This document shows, piece by piece, positions 1 through 11,994 of a stretch of DNA of 64,000 nt; within the stretch, counting starts at the first letter, position 1; the number at the start of each line of letters is the position of its first letter. The position numbers and the translations under genes are program-made. Origin of the DNA: the human T2T-CHM13v2.0 reference genome, Homo sapiens; assembly GCF_009914755.1 (NCBI RefSeq), contig NC_060934.1. One strand, 5' to 3'. The notes under the pieces are model-generated. The model saw nothing but the letters and a program-made list of their open reading frames with translations. It did no database searches and had not been told where the DNA came from.

Positions 1-71
1 CTTTTCATAGAGCAGTTTGGAAACACTCTGTTTGTAAAGCCTGCAAGTGCTTTTTTGGACTTCATTGAGGC

Positions 72-88
72 CTTCGTTGGAAACGGGA
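72..88 (+). promoter_or_regulatory. CENP-B box (first of ~188 box positions, one per dimer)
   Basis: CTTCGTTGGAAACGGGA is the canonical 17-bp box (core nTTCGnnnnAnnCGGGn). It lies 41-42 bp upstream of each EcoRI site. A dimers carry CTTCGTTGGAAGCGGGA, which keeps the core. Confidence 0.97.
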
Positions 89-113
89 TTTCTTCATATA
101 ATGCTAGACAGAA

Positions 114-1470
114 GAATTCTCAGTCACTTCTTTGTGTTGTGTGTATTCAAGTCACAGAGTTGAACCTTCCTTTAGACAGAGCAGTTTTGAAAAATTCTTT
201 CTGTGGAATTTGCAAGTGGAGATTTCAAGCGATTTGAGGCTAATCTTTGAAATGGAAATATCTTCGTGTAAAAACTACACAGAATCATTCTCAGAAACTG
301 CTTTGTTATCTGTGCGTTCAGTTCACAGAGTTTCACCTTTCTCTTCATAGAGCAGTTTGGAAAGACTCTGTCTGTAAAGTCTGCAAGTGATTAGTTAGAC
401 CCCTTTGAGGCCTTCGTTGGAAGCGGGATTTCTCATTTACTGCTAGACAGAAGAATTCTCAGTAAATCCTTTGTGTTGTGTGTATTCAACTCACAGAGTG
501 GAACCTTCCTTTATTCAGAGCAGTTTTGAAACACTCTTTTTGTGGAATTTGCAAGTGGAGATTTCAAGAGATTTGACGCCAATCTTAGACATGGAAATAT
601 CTTCATATTAAAAGTACACAGAGTCATTCGTAGAAACTAGTTTGTGATGTGTGCCTTCAACTCACAGAGTTTAACCTTTCTTTTCATAGAGCAGTTGGGA
701 AACACTCTATTTGTAAAGTCTGCAAGTGGATATTTGGACCTCTTTGAGGCCTTCGTTGGAAACGGGATTTCTTCATATAACGCTAGACAGAAGAATTCTC
801 AGTAACTTCTTTGTGTTGTGTGTATTCAACTCACAGAGTTGAACCTTTCTTTAGAGGGAGCAGAGGTGAAACAGTCTTTTTGTGGAATTTGCTAGTGTAG
901 ATTTCAAACGCTTCGAAGTCAGTGATAGAAAAGGATATATCTTCGTATTAAAAGTAGACAAAATCATTCTCAGAAAACTCTTTGTGATGTGTGTGTTCAA
1001 CTCACAGAGTTTAACCTTTCTTTAATCGAGCAGTTTGGAAATACACTCTTTGTAAGTCTGCAGGTGGATATTTGGCCCTCTTTGAGCCCTTCTTTGGAAA
1101 CGGGATTTCCTCTTATAATGCTAGACAGAAGAATTCTCAGTAACTTCTCTGTGTTGTTTGTATTCAACACACAGATTTGAACCTTCCTTTAGAGAGAGCA
1201 GATTTGAAACACTCTGTTTTTGGAATTTGCAAGTGCAGATTTCAAGCGCTTCTAGGCCTATGGCAGAAAAGGAAATATCTTCGTATAAAAACTACACAGA
1301 ATCATTCTCAACAACTACTTTGTGATGTGTGCGTTCAACTCACAGAGTTTAAACTTTCTTTTCATAGAGCAGTTTGGAAACACTCTGTTTGTAAAGCCTG
1401 CAAGTGCTTTTTTGGACTTCATTGAGGCCTTCGTTGGAAACGGGATTTCTTCATATAATGCTAGACAGAA
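114..1470 (+). repeat. Representative 8-mer HOR unit A-B-C-D (1357 bp)
   Basis: Dimer starts: A 114 (CAGTCAC; GAGGCTAATCTTTG), B 453 (CAGTAAATCC; GACGCCAATC), C 793 (GCTAGTG; CAGTGATAG; CTGCAGG), D 1131 (GTTTGTATT; CTAGGCCTATGG). Next A at 1471. Confidence 0.95.
1258..1274 (+). promoter_or_regulatory. pJ-alpha/A-box-like motif in the box-less monomer of D/D' dimers (example)
   Basis: CTATGGCAGAAAAGGAA resembles the pJ-alpha motif CTAYGGTGRAAAAGGAA and sits at the position equivalent to the CENP-B box in the alternate monomer. It is more degenerate in A, B and C. Confidence 0.55.
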
Positions 1471-2149
1471 GAATTCTCAGTCACTTCTTTGTGTTGTGTG
1501 TATTCAAGTCACAGAGTTGAACCTTCCTTTAGACAGAGCAGTTTTGAAAAATTCTTTCTGTGGAGTTTGCAAGTGGAGATTTCCAGCGATTTGAGGCTAA
1601 TCTTTGAAATGGAAATATCTTCGTGTAAAAACTACACAGAATCATTCTCAGAAACTGCTTTGTCATCTGTGCGTTCAGTTCACAGAGTTTCACCTTTCTC
1701 TTCATAGAGCAGTTTGGAAAGACTCTGTCTGTAAAGTCTGCAAGTGATTAGTTAGACCCCTTTGAGGCCTTCGTTGGAAGCGGGATTTCTCATTTACTGC
1801 TAGACAGAAGAATTCTCAGTAAATCCTTTGTGTTGTGTGTATTCAACTCACAGAGTGGAACCTTCCTTTATTCAGAGCAGTTTTGAAAAACACTTTTTGT
1901 GGAATTTGCAAGTGGAGATTTCAAGCGATTTGACGCCAATCTTAGACATGGAAATATCTTCATATTAAAAGTACACAGAGTCATTCGTAGAAACTAGTTT
2001 GTGATGTGTGCCTTCAACTCACAGAGTTTAACCTTTCTTTTCATAGAGCAGTTTGGAAACACTCTATTTGTAAAGTCTGCAAGTGGAAATTTGGACATCT
2101 TTGAGGCCTTCGTTGGAAACGGGATTTCTTCATACAACTCTAGACAGAA

Positions 2150-2489
2150 GAATTCTCAGTAACTTCTTTGTGTTGTGTGTATTCAAGTCACAGAGTTCAA
2201 CCTTCTTTTAGACAGAGTAGTTTTGAAAAATTCTTTCTGTGGAATTTGCAAGTGGAGATTTCAAGCGATTTGACGCCAATCTTACACATGGAAATATCTT
2301 CATATTAAAAGTACACAGAGTCATTCGTAGAAACTAGTTTGTGATGTGTGCCTTCAACTCACAGAGTTTAACCTTTCTTTTCATAGAGCAGTTTGGAAAC
2401 ACTCTATTTGTAAAGTCTGCAAGTGGAAATTTGGACCTCTTTGAGGCCTTCGTTGGAAACGGGATTTCTTCATACAACGCTAGACAGAA
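2150..2489 (+). repeat. Hybrid A::B dimer (copy 1)
   Basis: A-type CAAGTCAC and GAAAAATTCTTTCTG, followed by B-type GACGCCAATC and CGTAGAAACTAG within one dimer. Confidence 0.88.
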
Positions 2490-3168
2490 GAATTCTCAGT
2501 AACTTCTTTGTGTTGTGTGTTTTCAACTCACAGAGTTGAACCTTTCTTTAGAGAGAGCAGAGTTGAAACACTCTGTTTTTGGAATTTGCAAGTGCAGATT
2601 TCAAGCGCTTCTAGGCCTATGGCAGAAAAGGAAATATCTTCGTATAAAAACTACACAGAATCATTCTCAACAACTACTTTGTGATGTGTGCGTTCAACTC
2701 ACAGAGTTTAACCTTTCTTTTCATAGAGCAGTTTGGAAACACTCTGTTTGTAAAGCCTGCAAGTGCTTTTTTGGACTTCATTGAGGCCTTCGTTGGAAAC
2801 GGGGTTTCTTCATATAATGCTAGACAGAAGAATTCTCAGTCACTTCTTTGTGTTGTGTGTATTCAAGTCACAGAGTTGAACCTTCCTTTAGACAGAGCAG
2901 TTTTGAAAAATTCTTTCTGTGGAGTTTGCAAGTGGAGATTTCAAGCGATTTGAGGCTAATCTTTGAAATGGAAATATCTTCGTGTAAAAACTACACAGAA
3001 GCATTCTCAGAAACTGCTTTCTCATCTGTGCGTTCAGTTCACAGAGTTTCACCTGTCTCTTCATAGAGCAGTTTGGAAAGACTATGTCTTTAAAGTCTGC
3101 AAGTGATTAGTGAGACCCCTTTGAGGCCTTCGTTGGAAGCGGGATTTCTCATTTACTGCTAGACAGAA

Positions 3169-6100
3169 GAATTCTCAATAAATCCTTTGTGTTGTGTGTA
3201 TTCAACTCACAGAGTGGAACTTTCCTTTATTCAGAGCAGTTTTGAAAAACACTTTTTGTGGAATTTGCAAGTGGAGATTTCAAGCGATTTGACGCCAATC
3301 TTAGACATGGAAATATCTTCATATTAAAAGTACACAGAGTCATTCGTAGAAACTAGTTTGTGATGTGTGCCTTCAACTCACAGAGTTTAACCTTTCTTTT
3401 CATAGAGCAGTTTGGAAACACTCTGTTTGTAAAGCCTGCAAGTGCTTTTTTGGACTTCTTTGAGGCCTTCGTTGGAAACGGCATTTCTTCATACAACGCT
3501 AGACAGAAGAATTCTCAGTAACTTCTTTGTGTTGTGTGTATTCAACTCACAGAGTTGAACCTTTCTTTAGAGAGAGCAGAGTTGAAACACTCTGTTTTTG
3601 GAATTTGCAAGGGCAGATTTCAAGCGATTCTAGGCCTATGGCAGAAAAGGAAATATCTTCGTATAAAAACTACACAGAATCATTCTCAACAACTACTTTG
3701 TGATGTGTGCGTTCAACTGACAAAGTTTAACCTTTCTTTTCATAGAGCAGTTTGGAAACACTCTGTTTGTAAAGCCTGCCATTGCTTTTTTGGACTTCAT
3801 TGAGGCCTTCGTTGGAAAGGGGATTTCTTCATATAATGCTAGACAGAAGAATTCTCAGTAAATCCTTTGTGTTGTGTGTATTCAACTCACAGAGTGGAAC
3901 CTTCCTTTATTCAGAGCAGTTTTGAAACACTCTTTTTGTGGAATTTGCAAGTGGAGATTTCAAGCGATTTGACGCCAATCTTAGACATGGAAATATCTTC
4001 ATATTAAAAGTACACAGAGTCATTCTTAGAAACTAGTTTGTGATGTGTGCCTTCAACTCACAGAGTTTAACCTTTCTTTTCATAGAGCAGTTGAGAAACA
4101 CTCTATTTGTAAAGTCTGCAAGTGGATATTTGGACCTCTTTGTGGCCTTCGTTGGAAACGGGATTTCTTCATATAACGCTAGACAGAAGAATTCTCAGTA
4201 ACTTCTTTGTGTTGTGTGTATTCAACTCACAGAGTTGAACTTTTCTTTAGAGAGAGCAGAGTTGAAACACTCTTCTTGTGGAATTTGCTAGTGCAGATTT
4301 CAAACACTTCGAAGACAGTGATAGAAAAGGATATATCTTCGTATTAAAACTAGACAAAATCATTCTCAGAAAACACTTTGTGATGTGTGTGTTCAACTCA
4401 CAGAGTTTAACCTTTCTTTAATCGAGCAGTTTGGAAATACACTCTTTGTAAGTCTGCAGGTGGATAATTGGCCCTCTTTGAGCCCTTCGTTGGAAACGGG
4501 ATTTCCTCATATAATGCTAGACAGAAGAATTCTCAGTAACTTCTTTGTGTTGTTTGTATTCAACACACAGATTTGAACCTTCCTTTAGAGAGAGCAGATT
4601 TGAAACACTCTGTTTTTGGAATTTGCAAGTGCAGATTTCAAGCGCTTCTAGGCCTATGGCAGAAAAGGAAATATCTTCGTATAAAAACTACACAGAATCA
4701 TTCTCAACAACTACTTTGTGATGTGTGCGTTCAACTCACAGAGTTTAACCTTTCTTTTCATAGAGCAGTTTGGAAACACTCTGTTTGTAAAGCCTGCAAG
4801 TGCTTTTTTGGACTTCATTGAGGCCTTCGTTGGAAACGGGATTTCTTCATATAATGCTAGACAGAAGAATTCTCAGTCACTTCTTTGTGTTGTGTGTATT
4901 CAAGTCACAGAGTTGAACCTTCCTTTAGACAGAGCAGTTTTGAAAAATTCTTTCTGTGGAGTTTGCAAGTGGAGATTTCCAGCGATTTGAGGCTAATCTT
5001 TGAAATGGAAATATCTTCGTGTAAAAACTACACAGAATCATTCTCAGAAACTGCTTTGTCATCTGTGCGTTCAGTTCACAGAGTTTCACCTTTCTCTTCA
5101 TAGAGCAGTTTGGAAAGACTCTGTCTGTAAAGTCTGCAAGTGATTAGTTAGACCCCTTTGAGGTCTTCGTTGGAAGCGGGATTTCTCATTTACTGCTTGA
5201 CAGAAGAATTCTCAGTAAATCCTTTGTGTTGTGTGTATTCAACTCACAGAGTGGAACCTTCCTTTATTCAGAGCAGTTTTGAAAAACACTTTTTGTGGAA
5301 TTTGCAAGTGGAGATTTCAAGCGATTTGACGCCAATCTTAGACATGGAAATATCTTCATATTAAAAGTACACAGAGTCATTCGTAGAAACTAGTTTGTGA
5401 TGTGTGCCTTCAACTCACAGAGTTTAACCTTTCTTTTCATAGAGCAGTTTGGAAACACTCTATTTGTAAAGTCTGCAAGTGGATATTTGGACCTCTTTGA
5501 GGCCTTCGTTGGAAACGGGATTTCTTCATACAACGCTAGACAGAAGAATTCTCAGTAACTTCTTTGTGTTGTGTGTATTCAACTCACAGAGTTGAACCTT
5601 TCTTTAGAGAGAGCAGAGTTGAAACACTCTGTTTTTGGAATTTGCAAGTGCAGATTTCAAGCGATTCTAGGCCTATGGCAGAAAAGGAAATATCTTCGTA
5701 TAAAAACTACACAGAATCATTCTCAACAACTACTTTGTGATGTGTGCGTTCAACTCACAGAGTTTAACCTTTCTTTTCATAGAGCAGTTTGGAAACACTC
5801 TGTTTGTAAAGCCTGCAAGTGCTTTTTTGGACTTCATTGAGGCCTTCGTTGGAAACGGGATTTCTTCATATAATGCTAGACAGAAGAATTCTCAGTCACT
5901 TCTTTGTGTTGTGTGTATTCAAGTCACAGAGTTGAACCTTCCTTTAGACAGAGCAGTTTTGAAAAATTCTTTCTGTGTAATTTGCAAGTGGAGATTTCAA
6001 GCGATTTGAGGCTAATCTTTGAAATGGAAATATCTTCGTGTAAAAACTACACAGAATCATTCTCAGAAACTGCTTTGTCATCTGTGCGTTCAGTTCACAG

Positions 6101-9100
6101 AGTTTCACCTTTCTCTTCATAGAGCAGTTTGGAAAGACTCTGTCTGTAAAGTCTGCAAGTGATTAGTTAGACCCCTTTGAGGCCTTCGTTGGAAGCGGGA
6201 TTTCTCATTTACTGCTAGACAGAAGAATTCTCAGTAAATCCTTTGTGTTGTGTGTATTCAACTCACAGAGTGGAACCTTCCTTTATTCAGAGCAGTTTTG
6301 AAACACTCTTTTTGTGGAATTTGCAAGTGGAGATTTCAAGCGATTTGACGCCAATCTTAGACATGGAAATATCTTCATATTAAAAGTACACAGAGTCATT
6401 CGTAGAAACTAGTTTGTGATGTGTGCCTTGAACTCACAGAGTTTAACCTTTCTTTTCATAGAGCAGTTGGGAAACACTCTATTTGTAAAGTCTGCAAGTG
6501 GATATTTGGACCTCTTTGAGGCCTTCGTTGGAAACGGGATTTCTTCATATAACGCTAGACAGAAGAATTCTCAGTAACTTCTTTGTGTTGTGTGTATTCA
6601 ACTCACAGAGTTGAACCTTTCTTTAGAGGGAGCAGAGGTGAAACACTCTTTTTGTGGAATTTGCTAGTGTAGATTTCAAACGCTTCGAAGACAGTGATAG
6701 AAAAGGATATATCTTCGTATTAAAAGTAGACAAAATCATTCTCAGAAAACTCTTTGTGATGTGTGTGTTCAATTCACAGAGTTTAACCTTTCTTTAATCG
6801 AGCAGTTTGGAAATACACTCTTTGTAAGTCTGCAGGTGGATATTTGGCCCTCTTTGAGCCCTTCGTTGGAAACGGGATTTCCTCATATAATGCTAGACAG
6901 AAGAATTCTCAGTAACTTCTTTGTGTTGTTTGTATTCAACACACAGATTTGAACCTTCCTTTAGAGAGAGCAGATTTGAAACACTCTGTTTTTGGAATTT
7001 GCAAGTGCAGATTTCAAGCGCTTCTAGGCCTATGGCAGTAAAGGAAATATCTTCGTATAAAAACTACACAGAATCATTCTCAACAACTACTTTGTGATGT
7101 GTGCGTTCAACTCACAGAGGTTAACCTTTCTTTTCATAGAGCAGTTTGGAAACACTCTGTTTGTAAAGCCTGCAAGTGCTTTTTTGGACTTCATTGAGGC
7201 CTTCGTTGGAAACGAGATTTCTTCATATAATGCTAGACAGAAGAATTCTCAGTCACTTCTTTGTGTTGTGTGTATTCAAGTCACAGAGTTGAACCTTCCT
7301 TTAGACAGAGCAGTTTTGAAAAATTCTTTCTGTGGAGTTTGCAAGTGGAGATTTCCAGCGATTTGAGGCTAATCTTTGAAATGGAAATATCTTCGTGTAA
7401 AAACTACACAGAATCATTCTCAGAAACTGCTTTGTCATCTGTGCGTTCAGTTCACAGAGTTTCACCTTTCTCTTCATAGAGCAGTTTGGAAAGACTCTGT
7501 CTGTAAAGTCTGCAAGTGATTAGTTAGACCCCTTTGAGGCCTTCGTTGGAAGCGGGATTTCTCATTTACTGCTAGACAGAAGAATTCTCAGTAAATCCTT
7601 TGTGTTGTGTGTATTCAACTCACAGAGTGGAACCTTCCTTTATTCAGAGCAGTTTTGAAAAACACTTTTTGTGGAATTTGCAAGTGGAGATTTCAAGCGA
7701 TTTGACGCCAATCTTAGACATGGAAATATCTTCATATTAAAAGTACACAGAGTCATTCGTAGAAACTAGTTTGTGATGTGTGCCTTCAACTCACAGAGTT
7801 TAACCTTTCTTTTCATAGAGCAGTTTGGAAACACTCTGTTTGTAAAGCCTGCAAGTGCTTTTTTGGACTTCTTTGAGGCCTTCGTTGGAAACGGCATTTC
7901 TTCATACAACGCTAGACAGAAGAATTCTCAGTAACTTCTTTGTGTTGTGTGTATTCAACTCACAGAGTTGAACCTTTCTTTAGAGAGAGCAGAGTTGAAA
8001 CACTCTGTTTTTGGAATTTGCAAGGGCAGATTTCAAGCGATTCTAGGCCTATGGCAGAAAAGGAAATATCTTCGTATAAAAACTACACAGAATCATTCTC
8101 AACAACTACTTTGTGATGTGTGCGTTCAACTGACAAAGTTTAACCTTTCTTTTCATAGAGCAGTTTGGAAACACTCTGTTTGTAAAGCCTGCAATTGCTT
8201 TTTTGGACTTCATTGAGGCCTTCGTTGGAAAGGGGATTTCTTCATATAATGCTAGACAGAAGAATTCTCAGTAAATCCTTTGTGTTGTGTGTATTCAACT
8301 CACAGAGTGGAACCTTCCTTTATTCAGAGCAGTTTTGAAACACTCTTTTTGTGGAATTTGCAAGTGGAGATTTCAAGCGATTTGACGCCAATCTTAGACA
8401 TGGAAATATCTTCATATTAAAAGTACACAGAGTCATTCTTAGAAACTAGTTTGTGATGTGTGCCTTCAACTCACAGAGTTTAACCTTTCTTTTCATAGAG
8501 CAGTTGAGAAACACTCTATTTGTAAAGTCTGCAAGTGGATATTTGGACCTCTTTGAGGCCTTCGTTGGAAACGGGATTTCTTCATATAACGCTAGACAGA
8601 AGAATTCTCAGTAACTTCTTTGTGTTGTGTGTATTCAACTCACAGAGTTGAACTTTTCTTTAGAGAGAGCAGAGTTGAAACACTCTTCTTGTGGAATTTG
8701 CTAGTGCAGATTTCAAACACTTCGAAGACAGTGATAGAAAAGGATATATCTTCGTATTAAAACTAGACAAAATCATTCTCAGAAAACACTTTGTGATGTG
8801 TGTGTTCAACTCACAGAGTTTAACCTTTCTTTAATCGAGCAGTTTGGAAATACACTCTTTGTAAGTCTGCAGGTGGATAATTGGCCCTCTTTGAGCCCTT
8901 CGTTGGAAACGGGATTTCCTCATATAATGCTAGACAGAAGAATTCTCAGTAACTTCTTTGTGTTGTTTGTATTCAACACACAGATTTGAACCTTCCTTTA
9001 GAGAGAGCAGATTTGAAACACTCTGTTTTTGGAATTTGCAAGTGCAGATTTCAAGCGCTTCTAGGCCTATGGCAGAAAAGGAAATATCTTCGTATAAAAA

Positions 9101-11994
9101 CTACACAGAATCATTCTCAACAACTACTTTGTGATGTGTGCGTTCAACTCACAGAGTTTAACCTTTCTTTTCATAGAGCAGTTTGGAAACACTCTGTTTG
9201 TAAAGCCTGCAAGTGCTTTTTTGGACTTCATTGAGGCCTTCGTTGGAAACGGGATTTCTTCATATAATGCTAGACAGAAGAATTCTCAGTCACTTCTTTG
9301 TGTTGTGTGTATTCAAGTCACAGAGTTGAACCTTCCTTTAGACAGAGCAGTTTTGAAAAATTCTTTCTGTGGAGTTTGCAAGTGGAGATTTCCAGCGATT
9401 TGAGGCTAATCTTTGAAATGGAAATATCTTCGTGTAAAAACTACACAGAATCATTCTCAGAAACTGCTTTCTCATCTGTGCGTTCAGTTCACAGAGTTTC
9501 ACCTTTCTCTTCATAGAGCAGTTTGGAAAGACTCTGTCTGTAAAGTCTGCAAGTGATTAGTGAGACCCCTTTGAGGCCTTCGTTGGAAGCGGGATTTCTC
9601 ATTTACTGCTTGACAGAAGAATTCTCAGTAAATCCTTTGTGTTGTGTGTATTCAACTCACAGAGTGGAACCTTCCTTTATTCAGAGCAGTTTTGAAAAAC
9701 ACTTTTTGTGGAATTTGCAAGTGGAGATTTCAAGCGATTTGACGCCAATCTTAGACATGGAAATATCTTCATATTAAAAGTACACAGAGTCATTCGTAGA
9801 AACTAGTTTGTGATGTGTGCCTTCAACTCACAGAGTTTAACCTTTCTTTTCATAGAGCAGTTTGGAAACACTCTATTTGTAAAGTCTGCAAGTGGATATT
9901 TGGACCTCTTTGAGGCCTTCGTTGGAAACGGGATTTCTTCATACAACGCTAGACAGAAGAATTCTCAGTAACTTCTTTGTGTTGTGTGTATTCAACTCAC
10001 AGAGTTGAACCTTTCTTTAGAGAGAGCAGAGTTGAAACACTCTGTTTTTGGAATTTGCAAGTGCAGATTTCAAGCGATTCTAGGCCTATGGCAGAAAAGG
10101 AAATATCTTCGTATAAAAACTACACAGAATCATTCTCAACAACTACTTTGTGATGTGTGCGTTCAACTCACAGAGTTTAACCTTTCTTTTCATAGAGCAG
10201 TTTGGAAACACTCTGTTTGTAAAGCCTGCAAGTGCTTTTTTGGACTTCATTGAGGCCTTCGTTGGAAACGGGATTTCTTCATATAATGCTAGACAGAAGA
10301 ATTCTCAGTCACTTCTTTGTGTTGTGTGTATTCAAGTCACAGAGTTGAACCTTCCTTTAGACAGAGCAGTTTTGAAAAATTCTTTCTGTGTAATTTGCAA
10401 GTGGAGATTTCAAGCGATTTGAGGCTAATCTTTGAAATGGAAATATCTTCGTGTAAAAACTACACAGAATCATTCTCAGAAACTGCTTTGTCATCTGTGC
10501 GTTCAGTTCACAGAGTTTCACCTTTCTCTTCATAGAGCAGTTTGGAAAGACTCTGTCTGTAAAGTCTGCAAGTGATTAGTTAGACCCCTTTGAGGCCTTC
10601 GTTGGAAGCGGGATTTCTCATTTACTGCTAGACAGAAGAATTCTCAGTAAATCCTTTGTGTTGTGTGTATTCAACTCACAGAGTGGAACCTTCCTTTATT
10701 CAGAGCAGTTTTGAAACACTCTTTTTGTGGAATTTGCAAGTGGAGATTTCAAGCGATTTGACGCCAATCTTAGACATGGAAATATCTTCATATTAAAAGT
10801 ACACAGAGTCATTCGTAGAAACTAGTTTGTGATGTGTGCCTTCAACTCACAGAGTTTAACCTTTCTTTTCATAGAGCAGTTGGGAAACACTCTATTTGTA
10901 AAGTCTGCAAGTGGATATTTGGACCTCTTTGAGGCCTTCGTTGGAAACGGGATTTCTTCATATAACGCTAGACAGAAGAATTCTCAGTAACTTCTTTGTG
11001 TTGTGTGTATTCAACTCACAGAGTTGAACCTTTCTTTAGAGGGAGCAGAGGTGAAACACTCTTTTTGTGGAATTTGCTAGTGTAGATTTCAAACGCTTCG
11101 AAGACAGTGATAGAAAAGGATATATCTTCGTATTAAAAGTAGACAAAATCATTCTCAGAAAACTCTTTGTGATGTGTGTGTTCAACTCACAGAGTTTAAC
11201 CTTTCTTTAATCGAGCAGTTTGGAAATACACTCTTTGTAAGTCTGCAGGTGGATATTTGGCCCTCTTTGAGCCCTTCGTTGGAAACGGGATTTCCTCATA
11301 TAATGCTAGACAGAAGAATTCTCAGTAACTTCTTTGTGTTGTTTGTATTCAACACACAGATTTGAACCTTCCTTTAGAGAGAGCAGATTTGAAACACTCT
11401 GTTTTTGGAATTTGCAAGTGCAGATTTCAAGCGCTTCTAGGCCTATGGCAGTAAAGGAAATATCTTCGTATAAAAACTACACAGAATCATTCTCAACAAC
11501 TACTTTGTGATGTGTGCGTTCAACTCACAGAGGTTAACCTTTCTTTTCATAGAGCAGTTTGGAAACACTCTGTTTGTAAAGCCTGCAAGTGCTTTTTTGG
11601 ACTTCATTGAGGCCTTCGTTGGAAACGAGATTTCTTCATATAATGCTAGACAGAAGAATTCTCAGTCACTTCTTTGTGTTGTGTGTATTCAAGTCACAGA
11701 GTTGAACCTTCCTTTAGACAGAGCAGTTTTGAAAAATTCTTTCTGTGGAGTTTGCAAGTGGAGATTTCCAGCGATTTGAGGCTAATCTTTGAAATGGAAA
11801 TATCTTCGTGTAAAAACTACACAGAATCATTCTCAGAAACTGCTTTGTCATCTGTGCGTTCAGTTCACAGAGTTTCACCTTTCTCTTCATAGAGCAGTTT
11901 GGAAAGACTCTGTCTGTAAAGTCTGCAAGTGATTAGTTAGACCCCTTTGAGGCCTTCGTTGGAAGCGGGATTTCTCATTTACTGCTAGACAGAA
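3169..11994 (+). repeat. Tandem duplication, unit 4413 bp (26 monomers), 2 copies
   Basis: Same dimer order (B D' B C D A B D' A B C D A). Private variants recur at +4413: AAACGGC box, CAAGGGCAG, CAACTGACAAAG, AAAGGGG box, GTTGAGAA, TGCTTGAC, TGTGTAAT, GGCAGTAAAG, AAACGAG. ORF pairs 3534/7947, 4385/8798, 7094/11507. Confidence 0.9.
4867..5885 (+). repeat. Representative 6-mer HOR unit A-B-D' (1019 bp)
   Basis: A 4867, B 5206, D' 5546, next A 5886. D' starts like C (GTGTGTATTCAACTCACAGAGTTGAACCTTTCT) and continues like D (CTCTGTTTTTGG...CTAGGCCTATGG). Confidence 0.93.

Noticed and set aside
112-121. Short palindromes (AGAATTCT, TAGGCCTA, AACTAGTT, AGGCCT) as terminators or a cruciform system
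   Set aside because: These are 6-8 bp dyads intrinsic to the monomer consensus, too short to support a structural claim without folding analysis.
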